A DNA stretch of 64,000 nt, taken from IMG/VR virus record IMGVR_UViG_3300029267_004179, positions 40,020-104,019 of that record; one strand, given 5' to 3'. This document shows, piece by piece, positions 20,124-29,654 of this stretch. The notes under the pieces are model-generated. The model was not told where the DNA came from. It did no database searches and saw only the letters and a list, made by a program, of their open reading frames with translations. The DNA comes from a virus. Every line of letters starts with the position of its first letter. Within the stretch, counting starts at the first letter, position 1. The position numbers and the translations under genes were made by a program.

Positions 20124-20711
20124 TCATTTTATTTTACTCCACAATTCCTTTCTGAAAATATAGATATTGGCTTTTGTTCTACCTACTTTCAATGCTTCTT
20201 TTTTTGTCCACATAAAAATATCAACAGATCGTGTTATCTTCTTGCCTGTCCTTTTTGACTTGAATCCCATTCGATCATCGAACATAAAGATACCATACCC
20301 TTCAATCCAGATATAATCACCACGATTAAGTAACATCACCTTTTCAATATCTCTTGAGATAGCACAAATGCCTTGAGCCACGTTGGTTTGAAAGGCAGTT
20401 GTAAAAGGTGTATCATCTGTTTCATCAATGGAAGGACTATATGCAGTCACTTCTACCTGTGGGATGCAAAGAGCAAGGAGTTTTTGGGAGAATATTGTGT
20501 CTTTGATTATGGATAGTTGTCGGTTGGTCTCGGTCACTTCTGAATTGACTTTTTTAAGGATGTCAAAGTTGTTTTGGTTAAAATCAGACGGAGCAGTAAG
20601 AAATTTGGTATCGTAAAGTATATTCATAATGGCGATTGTCAGTATAGTAATTAATATAGCCAAAACTACAATTATATAATTTTGGGCTTTATCCCCAATG
20701 CTTGCTTTCAT
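20124..20711 (-). CDS. Membrane-anchored 3D-domain (peptidoglycan lytic transglycosylase-like) protein
   Basis: N-terminal TM; VTAYSPS.DETD.TPF.TA, AISRD, DRM and VDIFM 3D-domain motifs. Confidence 0.85.
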   Translation of the reverse strand: MKASIGDKAQNYIIVVLAILITILTIAIMNILYDTKFLTAPSDFNQNNFDILKKVNSEVTETNRQLSIIKDTIFSQKLLALCIPQVEVTAYSPSIDETDDTPFTTAFQTNVAQGICAISRDIEKVMLLNRGDYIWIEGYGIFMFDDRMGFKSKRTGKKITRSVDIFMWTKKEALKVGRTKANIYIFRKELWSKIK

Positions 20712-20729
20712 CCAAACTCCTTTATATTT

Positions 20730-20960
20730 TTATTTTTCTTCTACTACTGAACAATCACTTGGACCGCCTACCCATGAGTCAAGATAAGATTGTGCTTCTT
20801 GTTGTGATTCAAATTCAACCGGTGTTTCGCCTTGTCCTTCAGGACTTTTTTCAAAAAAGCCAAGTCCTAATATTTCACCTACAAATAGCCCACTTGTTTT
20901 TTTGATCTTATGCAAAACGGCATGGTTGTTGTTCCTTTCATTGCCATATTTTGTTTTCAT
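20730..20960 (-). CDS. Hypothetical protein
   Basis: Coupled ORF. Confidence 0.5.
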   Translation of the reverse strand: MKTKYGNERNNNHAVLHKIKKTSGLFVGEILGLGFFEKSPEGQGETPVEFESQQEAQSYLDSWVGGPSDCSVVEEK

Positions 20961-21223
20961 TCAAAATCATTCATATTTTTATTTTTATTTTTAAGCTCAA
21001 GAAGTATGTCGGCTAATACTTCTTGGATCGCTTTGACATCTGCTTGTAGCTCATCAACCTTCTGTTGATTTTCTATCGCTATAGTTTTGGTCGTGATGTA
21101 TTTAGGCTTGTTGGTGGTCTTGTTGAGCATGATGTTTTCAAACCAAAGAATAAAGGGAAAGACAATAGTGGCAGTAATAAAAACAATAAGAACACTCTTC
21201 CATATATCCTTTTTAAGTTTCAT
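20957..21223 (-). CDS. Single-TM coiled-coil protein
   Basis: Hydrophobic N-terminus; AGGGG RBS. Confidence 0.55.
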   Translation of the reverse strand: MKLKKDIWKSVLIVFITATIVFPFILWFENIMLNKTTNKPKYITTKTIAIENQQKVDELQADVKAIQEVLADILLELKNKNKNMNDFE

Positions 21224-21236
21224 ATCTATCCCCTGT

Positions 21237-21494
21237 TTATAAATACTTTACAACATATCCGATTAGGTCAGAGACTCCATGCCCCATTTCACATCCTGCG
21301 TGACAACTTATCAGAGCCAGTGGTTGACCTATAAGGATTTCCGGCATAGTATACCCATGAACAACAGCTACCAATATCTGTTGGGCATGGTTCTCGTTGG
21401 TGCAGCTATCGTCATACACCTTTCCACATAACCGGCATCTATACTGGAATATTGCTGTTTTCATATCTACCCCTTGAACTATGGCCTCAATCAC
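21237..21494 (-). CDS. Hypothetical Zn-binding protein
   Basis: YRCRLCG...H..C..G.G.SDLIG. Confidence 0.55.
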   Translation of the reverse strand: MIEAIVQGVDMKTAIFQYRCRLCGKVYDDSCTNENHAQQILVAVVHGYTMPEILIGQPLALISCHAGCEMGHGVSDLIGYVVKYL

Positions 21495-21915
21495 TTATGA
21501 AGTAATAATGTAAAAAAAGATTAGTCAAGACTGCTGCAAGAAAACAGGAAATTACAAAGGTAGCAATATACATTTCCCCTTACAGCTTCTTCACTAATTT
21601 TTTTATTTAAGAAGTCATTAATCTTTTTCATTATTTATCATATTCTTTCCTTATTCCTATGGCGTTAATTCTCATAGTAAGCCCTTTAATATCACGACTT
21701 ATTTCTTGTAATGAATGGTTCATCTCTTCCATTGTTTGGCTTATTTGATAAAGACCGACTTCTTTTTGAGTTTGAAGCCCTACCGATGTTTCTACTAATT
21801 CAGTTTTGGGCGAGGCTTCCTGTACTCCTTTTGACATTATTAGTGGAATTAACACAGAAAAACAACACCAAGAATAGCAAACACAATCATCAATTCCATA
21901 AAAGTTGCACCTTTA

Positions 21916-22344
21916 CTACCCATATTTATTTTCACAGCCTGTATCCTCCCCGATCATATTTTTAAAACCATATTTGACTGCTACGGCTTTAAAGAGTGGT
22001 AAACCATATTGTGCATAATAACTATCAGCGGAATCTTTTAATTTGTCATCAAGAACCCAAAGCCACATCTTAACAACGGCAAACATAAAACTTGCAGAAA
22101 TACCTCTTTTGTTCAATGCCTTTTCAAACCCAAAAGCTATATCGCTTTCCAGTTGCTTTAATACATTTTCTTCTGTGAACTCTTTCGGCGTCCAACTTTT
22201 ACCTTCTACCAACTCCATGCCAAGTAGGTCAAGTTTGTCTTCAGGGAAATAATCTGCAAGACGCCGGAAGTCACGTCCATCAAAGCAACGCCTTTCAAGC
22301 TCTTTAGTCTTAAGGGCAGTATAGATGTCTTTGAGTGTTTTCAT
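21916..22344 (-). CDS. Conserved-looking phage hypothetical protein
   Basis: 142 aa; FGFEKALNKRGISA and YAQYGLPLFKAVA. Confidence 0.65.
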   Translation of the reverse strand: MKTLKDIYTALKTKELERRCFDGRDFRRLADYFPEDKLDLLGMELVEGKSWTPKEFTEENVLKQLESDIAFGFEKALNKRGISASFMFAVVKMWLWVLDDKLKDSADSYYAQYGLPLFKAVAVKYGFKNMIGEDTGCENKYG

Positions 22345-22565
22345 TTTTCAAGCTTCCTTAATGTAATTACGTTTTCCATGGTTGTCCTGACATGACCCTT
22401 AATATCCGGGGTTATTCTGGTTTCAATTCTAAGGACGAAATATAGCTCTTCACTATCCATAAATCTTACACGCCTCCCGTGAGGTGGATTAAAGATAACA
22501 TTCGTTACCCTTTGAAGTTGAGTTCCCTTTTCATTGACAAAGACCGTTTCTTTCTTGTATCTCAT
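22341..22565 (-). CDS. Hypothetical protein
   Basis: Coupled ORF. Confidence 0.5.
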   Translation of the reverse strand: MRYKKETVFVNEKGTQLQRVTNVIFNPPHGRRVRFMDSEELYFVLRIETRITPDIKGHVRTTMENVITLRKLEK

Positions 22566-22567
22566 GA

Positions 22568-22753
22568 TTACACCTTCTTATAAAAAAACTTCCGTGGGAT
22601 GGAGGGAGACCTATTTTTTTTGACAAGAACACCTTTTTGAACCATGCCTTCAAGCAAATCGTGTTGGTAGCATTTAAGCTCTGATGGAGTATACCAAACT
22701 TCACATTCCATTCTTTTGAGAATTTTGTTCTGTACTTTGCTTAATCTTTTCAT
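22568..22753 (-). CDS. Small winged-helix-like protein
   Basis: LSKVQ.KIL..M...Y.P.EL....L..MV.KG.L pattern. Confidence 0.45.
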   Translation of the reverse strand: MKRLSKVQNKILKRMECEVWYTPSELKCYQHDLLEGMVQKGVLVKKNRSPSIPRKFFYKKV

Positions 22754-22814
22754 ATGTGTAATAACCGGGGCAATAGATGCCCCGGTTCCTTTACCTGTTA
22801 AGATACAGTGGGTA

Positions 22815-23057
22815 TTACCTTCTCACCCTTCCATCATCTTCACTTTCCCTGCTTTTTCTTATGGTGATTATATCTTTCCTGATTTTTGTCGCAGCTTTGA
22901 TCAGCACCATCATTTCTTTCCTTACTCTGGTCGCTGCAGCCTTGACGCCGGCATCAAACTTTAATGCATCGTTTTTGATTCCATGGATTTTCTCTTCATT
23001 GAAATAATCAGTGAATAGTTCGTCGATGCCTTCTTTTATTTTGACTTTTTGCCCCAT
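22815..23057 (-). CDS. Hc1-family (histone H1-like) nucleoid protein
   Basis: DALKFDAGVKAAATRVRKEMM.L.KAA..IRKDI matches the Hc1 pattern DAxKF.xGNKAAGTRxRKxM. Confidence 0.75.
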   Translation of the reverse strand: MGQKVKIKEGIDELFTDYFNEEKIHGIKNDALKFDAGVKAAATRVRKEMMVLIKAATKIRKDIITIRKSRESEDDGRVRR

Positions 23058-23117
23058 AATGCTTCCTTTCTTTGTATCTGTTATAGTTAATTGGCTAATA
23101 AAACAACAAATCAGTCA

Positions 23118-23351
23118 TCACCTCCTTTTACGCCTTATTCTTTTCAAACTACTTGTCCTTTTCTTTTTACTGCTTGGTGGCATACTCCTTATTTCTCCAC
23201 AGTCATAAGCATAATTTGCCCATAGCCTACACTTTGTGCATTTTTTAAGCTTTGGGTGATTCACATCTCCCGGCTTTCTTTTCGACATCTCTATACAAAC
23301 TTTTAAGTTAACATGAATTTGCCTTCTTTTGCAATAAAAGTAATTATCCAT
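23118..23351 (-). CDS. Cys-rich basic hypothetical protein
   Basis: First gene of the minus unit, directly downstream of repeat copy 3. Confidence 0.55.
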   Translation of the reverse strand: MDNYFYCKRRQIHVNLKVCIEMSKRKPGDVNHPKLKKCTKCRLWANYAYDCGEIRSMPPSSKKKRTSSLKRIRRKRR

Positions 23352-23367
23352 AATCTGTTAAGACTTT

Positions 23368-23431
23368 CTTATTTCCCTTTTAAGGCCTATAAAATTTTTA
23401 CCCTATACCCTACTATTAGTTTCAAAAGATC
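23368..23431 (-). repeat. Dispersed intergenic element, copy 3 (core GTAGGG)
   Basis: Reverse complement reads ..AAACTAATA-GTAGGG-TATAGGGTAAAAATTTTATAGGCCTTAAAAGGGAAATAAG. Confidence 0.93.
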
Positions 23432-23610
23432 ACATACCCTGTGTTAAATTGCAAATAGCTATGTTTGTATTTATTATAAGCCTTAAAGGGGCTTTATTTG
23501 TTAATTAAAATTATTAGCTAAAATCTTGTCTGTTGATTAGTATAGTTAATAGGGTTTAAGTTTAAAGATATTTTAAGTTAACCAAAACATCCTTATGAAT
23601 GCTTGTTTTC

Positions 23611-23745
23611 ATAAAAGAAAAAAAAGAAGAAAAAAAAGAAGAAAAAAAAGAAGAAAAAAGAAAGAAAGAAAGGTTTATAAAGAAAGAAAGAATAAAAGAA
23701 GAAAATAAAAGAAGAAAACAAAAGAAGAAAATAAAAGAAAAAATG
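23611..23745 (+). repeat. Polypurine low-complexity tract in the divergent gap
   Basis: About 130 nt almost entirely A/G, with AAAAAAAGAAG units. Confidence 0.85.
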
Positions 23746-23962
23746 ACTGTCAACTACCATGAAAAAATGGATACGTTTGAACAGAAGTAGTAAACAAACT
23801 TGTTGTTAGCAGAAGTAGTTGTTCAGCCTTCGGCTGTCTTCGCATGACATAGTCATGCTACGATTTTTAATTGCTATAAATTTTGCTCAAAATATTCTTT
23901 TAAAATCCATATAGACTTTTAAGTTTTTTAAGACTATAAAGAATCTTTCTACTAAAAAGTTT

Positions 23963-24595
23963 TTGCGATATCAGCATCGTTGGCCTATAATAAGTAATAT
24001 GCTTGAATTACATTTTGGCAAGATAGGACTATACATGAATGATGAGACAGAAGAACAAATCTGCAGAATAAAGATGCCGGATGAAGTAAAAAGAAGAGTA
24101 GAGCTAAAAAAGATATGCATTGCTTTGCACGAAGTTGAGAGTAGGTTTGCATCAATGCAGCATAGGAGGCCAAGATATTTTTTTGCTTTATTCAAAGAGT
24201 CTGGCAAGAAATATCACCGCACTCTTTTTAGGATTCTAAACTTCTTGAAGGATAAAAGAGGTGACTACAAAAATGATATCCTGTTTTTATCAAGAGATTA
24301 TTTTGAAGTTATTTTTAATTTTTATAACAAGATTAACAAGATGCCATTCATAGGGAATCTTGGCCCTTCATTGACTAACAAGATGAGGTTTGATGATTTC
24401 TTAATATCTTCCGAGATGGAAGATGAGTGTTATTGGAGGGTAAAGTCAAGTAACTATTGGGTAGTGAAGAGTAGAGCAAAGCTTGCGGCATTCAGATGTA
24501 GACAGGCTGATATAGATTTGAAAATAGTAATAGACAGGAATAAGGGTGTTGAAAATCAACATGACTTGAAAGTAATATATCCAGGAGAATATTGA
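23963..24595 (+). CDS. Hypothetical protein, first gene of the replication unit (start uncertain)
   Basis: Stop overlaps the start of the helicase. Confidence 0.6.
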   Translation: MRYQHRWPIISNMLELHFGKIGLYMNDETEEQICRIKMPDEVKRRVELKKICIALHEVESRFASMQHRRPRYFFALFKESGKKYHRTLFRILNFLKDKRGDYKNDILFLSRDYFEVIFNFYNKINKMPFIGNLGPSLTNKMRFDDFLISSEMEDECYWRVKSSNYWVVKSRAKLAAFRCRQADIDLKIVIDRNKGVENQHDLKVIYPGEY

Positions 24596-25953
24596 TGGCA
24601 GAATTTGATGAGTTTGACATTGGAGGGGATGACCAAGACAAAGTCATGATGCTTCTTGTTTACAACGATACTTTTTTATCAAGGTGCATCCGCAAAGGAG
24701 TTGAACCTGATCTTTTTTCTTCTAAACCAAGACGGAAGTTTTTCAAGATAGTTAAGAGTTTTTATGAGCAGTACAAAAAGGCTCCTGGTGATGATATAGC
24801 ATCAGTTTTGGCAGACGCTTTGTCTGGCCAATCGATGATTATGAGGGATGATGATATACCATTAATTGAAGAGTATGTAGACAGGCTATTCAGTGTTGAT
24901 TTAGATTCGATAAAATCTAAATATTTCATAGACAGAATAGAACTATTCATGAAGAAAAGAATAATGATGACTGCTACAAACTCTTTGATGAAGCTTAAAG
25001 ATAGATTTAATGTTGATACAGATAGGCCTTTAAGCATAATGGAGGATGCTGTAAGCAAGATAAAGTTAACTACAAGCAAAATGTCTGTAGAAAGCTTGCT
25101 TGGTGACAATGTTTATGAATATGACAGAGATATTCAAACAAAGTGGAATGTCCCTACAATTGACTTCCCGATAGGTGGTGGATTCTTTTCCGGCTCTTTT
25201 ACTGTGATTCAAGGGTATACAAGCAGGGGCAAGTCATGGGCAGCTACCCATCTTGCAAAGATGGCAACAAGGTTTGGAAATTCAGTTCTACTTGCCCAAA
25301 TAGAGATGGCAAACAAGACATCAAAGAGACGGATTAAGATGAGCTTTACAGGCCTTGCAGAAGGTGATGTGATAAAAAATGCAGCAGAAACAAGAAGGAT
25401 AATTAAATGCTCTATGTTGAAGCATTCTGATATCTTTCTGCTTAGTGATGATGAGAAGTCAACTTCTGTAGATTCTCTGCCAGATATTCTTGATGAGATT
25501 GAGGATACTCACAACAAAAGGGTAAAGCTTATCATTTTGGACTCAGCAGATGATATGTTACCTCCATCCGGAAGATATAGGAATAAAATTGAAAAAAGCA
25601 CAGCTACATATACTTGGCTTAAAAACTTTGCGAAGGATAATGATATATGCATCATAAATACTACACAAACACAGAGGATAGGTGAGAAGAAATATTGGTT
25701 GTCTACTGGTAATGTTGGTGATGACATAAACAAGATGAGAAAGGCAACTATTAGTTACTCAATCAACGCAACAGATTTTGAGGCAGCAATAGGGTTTTGT
25801 AGGATTTGGCTTAATAAGAATACTGATGGCCCAACAGGAGCAAAAGTTTGGCTGAGGCAGGACTATGGGAAAGGGCAGTTTGTAGTAGAACATGGACTTT
25901 ATGATAGAGAAGAGTACAGTGAGATGGTAAAGGAGTTCAGAAGCAATGAATAG
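24592..25953 (+). CDS. DnaB-like (SF4) replicative helicase
   Basis: Walker A GYTSRGKS, IEM, LIILDSAD, TTQTQR and KN..G motifs. Confidence 0.88.
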   Translation: MMAEFDEFDIGGDDQDKVMMLLVYNDTFLSRCIRKGVEPDLFSSKPRRKFFKIVKSFYEQYKKAPGDDIASVLADALSGQSMIMRDDDIPLIEEYVDRLFSVDLDSIKSKYFIDRIELFMKKRIMMTATNSLMKLKDRFNVDTDRPLSIMEDAVSKIKLTTSKMSVESLLGDNVYEYDRDIQTKWNVPTIDFPIGGGFFSGSFTVIQGYTSRGKSWAATHLAKMATRFGNSVLLAQIEMANKTSKRRIKMSFTGLAEGDVIKNAAETRRIIKCSMLKHSDIFLLSDDEKSTSVDSLPDILDEIEDTHNKRVKLIILDSADDMLPPSGRYRNKIEKSTATYTWLKNFAKDNDICIINTTQTQRIGEKKYWLSTGNVGDDINKMRKATISYSINATDFEAAIGFCRIWLNKNTDGPTGAKVWLRQDYGKGQFVVEHGLYDREEYSEMVKEFRSNE

Positions 25954-27496
25954 GGTAAGAAGAAAAAGAGTTGAAAAGCCTACTGATTGGAACTGGCTGA
26001 AGTTGTTGAGTAGAAAAGAGCTTGAGTCTATAGCCAGCTCCAATATGTATGTTTTTAAAACTACTCCTTGGGCTCACCAGCTGTCTTCATTTCTTGCTTG
26101 TATGGCAAACCCAGGGTTTTTGTGTTCTCTTGATTTAGGGACCGGCAAAACAAAAGTTGCTGTAGATGTATGCATGAATCTATATGGTAGCAAACTTAAA
26201 GTTTTTGTTGTTGCTTTGAATAGTGCATTAGGAAACTGGAAAGATGAAATACACAAACACTCAGATGCTCAAGCAACGATCTTAGCTGGCAGAATTGATG
26301 AGCGCATTGATTTGATTAAGGGTGATGGTTTTTTCATAATTAACTATGAAGGGCTCATGCGTTTGTGTTCAAAAACAGTTACTACTGTCAAAACGGTTGC
26401 TTGTGAGACGCCGGATGGCCCAAGGATAATTTCAAAAAAAAGAAATAGATGGGCAGTTGACAAAGCTATGATCCAGAAGCTTATGATGGCTAAATTTGAT
26501 GCTATTATATTTGATGAGTCTCATATGCTTAAAAATCACTTGAGTTTGACATTTAGAATAGCAAAAATTCTTTGCCGCAGAATAGACACAAGGATTCAGC
26601 TCACCGGTACTCCTATTGATAAAAATTTACTTGACCTTTGGTCGCAATATTATATAGCCGATTTTGGTAGTACTTTTGGGACCGGAATTGGCCAGTTCAG
26701 GAATGCATATTTTAAGGATAAAGGCTATTTTGGGCCTGACTGGAAAGTAACAAAGTCAGGTGAAAAAGTTATCAAAAGCAAGATGTACACAAAGTCTATT
26801 AGGTATACAGAAGATGAAGTTGATGAGCTGCCACCTAAGACATTTAGAACTATTTGTTTTGATCTTACAAAACAGCAAAGAAAGGTTTATGACAGGCTTT
26901 CTAAAATTTCTGGGGAAGAGAATGTTCAAGGCATAAAAGTTCAAGGCAAAACTCATGCGTTTAGGCAGATATGCAGCGGGTTTATACTTAAAACAAAGAA
27001 GGAGTTTTCTTCAAACCCTAAAATGGATGCCTTTATTGATCTTGTCGACACAATCATTGGTAGTCACAAGATTCTTGTTTTCTATGAATACATAACAGAA
27101 GCCAAGCTGATATCTAAAGTTTTGAAGAGGAAGAAGGTAAAGTTTTGTACTTTAAATGGTCAAACGAAAAATAAGCATAAAGAATATCGGAAGTTTCAGG
27201 AGAATGATAAGTATAGGCTTATGCTGGCACATCCAAAAACAGGTGGTGCAAGCCTTACTATCACAGCTGCAACCTATTGTGTTTTTTTCAGCAACGGCTC
27301 AAGCGTGATTCAGAGGAAACAGTGTATCAAAAGGATACATAGGGCTGGCCAAACAAAACGATGTTTTTTTTATGATCTTGTTGCTAATAGGAGTATAGAA
27401 GCATACATGAAGAAAAACCTTCGTAAAGGCATCGATGCTTTTGATCGCATAGTTGATGGCAACTCTTTTAAAAATGCTCTTATTGGGAGACAATAA
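25946..27496 (+). CDS. SNF2-family helicase
   Basis: DLGTGKT, INYE, DESH, LTGTP, and Q...RIHR.GQ. Confidence 0.92.
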   Translation: MNRVRRKRVEKPTDWNWLKLLSRKELESIASSNMYVFKTTPWAHQLSSFLACMANPGFLCSLDLGTGKTKVAVDVCMNLYGSKLKVFVVALNSALGNWKDEIHKHSDAQATILAGRIDERIDLIKGDGFFIINYEGLMRLCSKTVTTVKTVACETPDGPRIISKKRNRWAVDKAMIQKLMMAKFDAIIFDESHMLKNHLSLTFRIAKILCRRIDTRIQLTGTPIDKNLLDLWSQYYIADFGSTFGTGIGQFRNAYFKDKGYFGPDWKVTKSGEKVIKSKMYTKSIRYTEDEVDELPPKTFRTICFDLTKQQRKVYDRLSKISGEENVQGIKVQGKTHAFRQICSGFILKTKKEFSSNPKMDAFIDLVDTIIGSHKILVFYEYITEAKLISKVLKRKKVKFCTLNGQTKNKHKEYRKFQENDKYRLMLAHPKTGGASLTITAATYCVFFSNGSSVIQRKQCIKRIHRAGQTKRCFFYDLVANRSIEAYMKKNLRKGIDAFDRIVDGNSFKNALIGRQ

Positions 27497-27497
27497 G

Positions 27498-28445
27498 ATG
27501 CTTGTTGATTCTGTTGGGCTTATTGAGCATTTAGGAATTGACTATCATCCATCTGGTAAGAATGTGGCTTCAAATGATATAAATATTTGTTGTCCGTTTT
27601 GTGGTGAAGATGGCTATCATTTAGGGGTAAACAAGGATAATGGGCAAATTAACTGCTGGGTGTGTGGATTTGACTACCAGGACAGATATCCAAGCTTAAT
27701 AACTCTTGTTATGACTTTAAATGACTGCTCTTTTTTGGATGCTAAGAGCATAGTTGATGAATTTAAGCTTGATGACTTCGGTGACTTAGATGATAATAAA
27801 AATAGGCTTGTTGAGAGGAAAAATATCTTAATGCCTAAAGAGTGTGAGGACTTTTTCAAGACTAAGCACAAGAGATGGGCAAGTAAGGCTCTTGACTATT
27901 TGCATAGTAGAGGGTTTGATGAAAGTACTGTCAGGAAGTATAAGCTTAAATTTTGTATTCATGGTAAGTACAAATACCGGATAATGATCCCTATTACTTT
28001 TCTTGGCAAAGTAGTGAATTTTACAGGTAGGGATTTTACAAACAGGGGTGTTAACAGATATAAGCATTGTAAGAATGATTTTTCAGCTATGAGGCAAAAG
28101 AGCTTGCTTTACGGGCTGGATAATTTTATCGATTGTGGCAAATCTCACATCAGAATATTTGAGGGCCCAACAGATGTTTGGAGAATTGGAGATACAGCAG
28201 TTGGCTTGATGAGAAATAGGATATCAGATAGACAATTGTCTATCCTTTCTGTTTTGGGTCTTGAATCAGCATCTGTAATACTTGATTTTGGATCATATAG
28301 CAAGGCAGTTGCCATAGCTGAAGAGTTGAGTGTTTTTGTCAGGAGGGTTAAGGCTGTTGAGCTTGTTGGCAAGAAGGATGTAGCCGACATGTCAGCAGAT
28401 GAAGTTTTTAATTTAGAATCTACTTTTGATTGGATGGTGTTCTAA
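27498..28445 (+). CDS. DNA primase (Zn finger + TOPRIM)
   Basis: CPFC..CWVC; RIMIP, FTGR and FEGPTD. Start adjusted from 27453. Confidence 0.9.
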   Translation: MLVDSVGLIEHLGIDYHPSGKNVASNDINICCPFCGEDGYHLGVNKDNGQINCWVCGFDYQDRYPSLITLVMTLNDCSFLDAKSIVDEFKLDDFGDLDDNKNRLVERKNILMPKECEDFFKTKHKRWASKALDYLHSRGFDESTVRKYKLKFCIHGKYKYRIMIPITFLGKVVNFTGRDFTNRGVNRYKHCKNDFSAMRQKSLLYGLDNFIDCGKSHIRIFEGPTDVWRIGDTAVGLMRNRISDRQLSILSVLGLESASVILDFGSYSKAVAIAEELSVFVRRVKAVELVGKKDVADMSADEVFNLESTFDWMVF

Positions 28446-28705
28446 TGGGTTTTAATTATAAATATTATAGAAGCAGATACAAGCCAAAAGTTGTCAGTGA
28501 ACTTCCGAAAGACATGAGGTATATTACTGTGAAAGAGGCAGCTGACTATTACGGTGTTACAAGTCAAACTATTCGTCATTGGTATTTGTCCGGCAAATTA
28601 ATATCGGTGATGTATAACCGGAAGATTTTTGTCAGGGTATCAGGATCAATTAATGATATGTTAGGATTTGTGTCTAAAAAGGATATCAGACCTGGCGTTA
28701 TATAA
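28445..28705 (+). CDS. Excisionase/MerR-type HTH DNA-binding protein
   Basis: ITVKEAADYYGVTSQTIRHW..SGKL. Confidence 0.8.
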   Translation: MGFNYKYYRSRYKPKVVSELPKDMRYITVKEAADYYGVTSQTIRHWYLSGKLISVMYNRKIFVRVSGSINDMLGFVSKKDIRPGVI

Positions 28706-28720
28706 GAATTTTGCCGCTTT

Positions 28721-28803
28721 ATTTAGCTTGTATTAAACGATCTAATAAAAACTAATACCTATATATAGGGTAAAAATTTTATAGGCCTTAAAACGGAAAT
28801 AAG
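28721..28803 (+). repeat. Dispersed intergenic element, copy 4 (core CCTATA)
   Basis: TATTAAACGATCTAATAAAAACTAATA-CCTATA-TATAGGGTAAAAATTTTATAGGCCTTAAAACGGAAATAAG. Confidence 0.95.
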
Positions 28804-28925
28804 ACAGCTTTGCTGTTCAAACCGGACTTAAAGATGATAAATTGCTTAAAATAGGCTAAATTATGTTTTTTTTGATTATTTGTTAAAATTTATGTAAAAA
28901 TATAAAAATTTTTTATTCAATGATT

Positions 28926-28956
28926 AGGCGCTGTTATTCAGCGCCTTTTTTATTTT
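28926..28956 (+). terminator. Intrinsic terminator
   Basis: AGGCGCTG-TTATT-CAGCGCCT followed by a T-run. Confidence 0.8.
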
Positions 28957-29139
28957 CAAAGATAATGAGAGAAAATATATAAAAAAAGTTTTCATAAAAG
29001 CATTATATCATTGTTATCACTTGATAAAAATTTTTACAGTTTTCCGATAATCAATCATAAGCTTGGATTTTAGATGATTATCCGGTTTTACTTTTCCGCT
29101 GTATATTATAAAAAGGAACCTAAGTTTTATGATCTTTTA

Positions 29140-29540
29140 CATCGTCGAGTACGTTGAGGGGCTGGCAAGAGGATTGGCCGGATAAAATACCTTATAAAAA
29201 ACACCCCAAGAATTCAAACTCACTTGATGCCATCCGGGAAAAGTAACCAAGCGGGCCATAACTTAACCTTAAATTTTAAGGTTAAGCCTTTCAGGGCTGC
29301 GGAGACGAAATATGGAAGTCTCTTCCTGATAAGCCAAAAATCAGCCAAGAAAACGGGGAAACCCGATAAGGGCTGGGCGCCAAGGTGAAAAATTCATGTT
29401 GACCTATATATCTGCAAACCAAAGATTGGATTTCATCTCCATTATAACCAGCACGAATCAAGTAATGCTGCAGGAATTATCCTTTGGGCGGCATACCGCA
29501 TTGAATCAAGTAGATGTGCAGGAGCATATAGGTCAACAGC
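29140..29540 (+). ncRNA. Candidate structured leader or small RNA
   Basis: ORF-free. Stems: CATC..GAGT/ACTC..GATG, CTTAACCTTA/TAAGGTTAAG, CGGG-GAAA-CCCG and TGTTGACCTATAT/ATATAGGTCAACA, the last enclosing two hairpins with a GAATCAAGTA loop. Confidence 0.55.
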
Positions 29541-29546
29541 AATAAG

Positions 29547-29630
29547 GGATGATTTATCATCCCAACTAAGCTTTTGTCTTTATATAAAGGACAGAAGTTT
29601 AGTTGGGTTTATAAGGCATTTTTATAAAAC
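29547..29630 (+). promoter_or_regulatory. Three overlapping hairpins upstream of an RBS (putative RNase III site or switch)
   Basis: GGGATGA/TCATCCC overlaps a ~21-bp stem CCCAACTAAGCTTTTGTCTTT/AAAGGACAGAAGTTTAGTTGGG, which overlaps TTTATAA/TTATAAA. Confidence 0.55.
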
Positions 29631-29654
29631 TTTAACTTTAATTAGGAGGGAATT

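Noticed and set aside
23562-23790. K/E-rich (+) and F/S-rich (-) 63-aa ORFs
   Set aside because: By-products of the polypurine tract; no convincing RBS.
28445-28705. Excisionase-like HTH as proof of a temperate lifestyle
   Set aside because: No integrase, repressor or host flank is in the window; such HTH genes also occur in lytic phages.
29296-29372. Possible fourth hammerhead (CGAAA ... CTGATAAG ... GAAAACGGG)
   Set aside because: The core is not CUGANGA and stems I-III cannot be formed in the required order.
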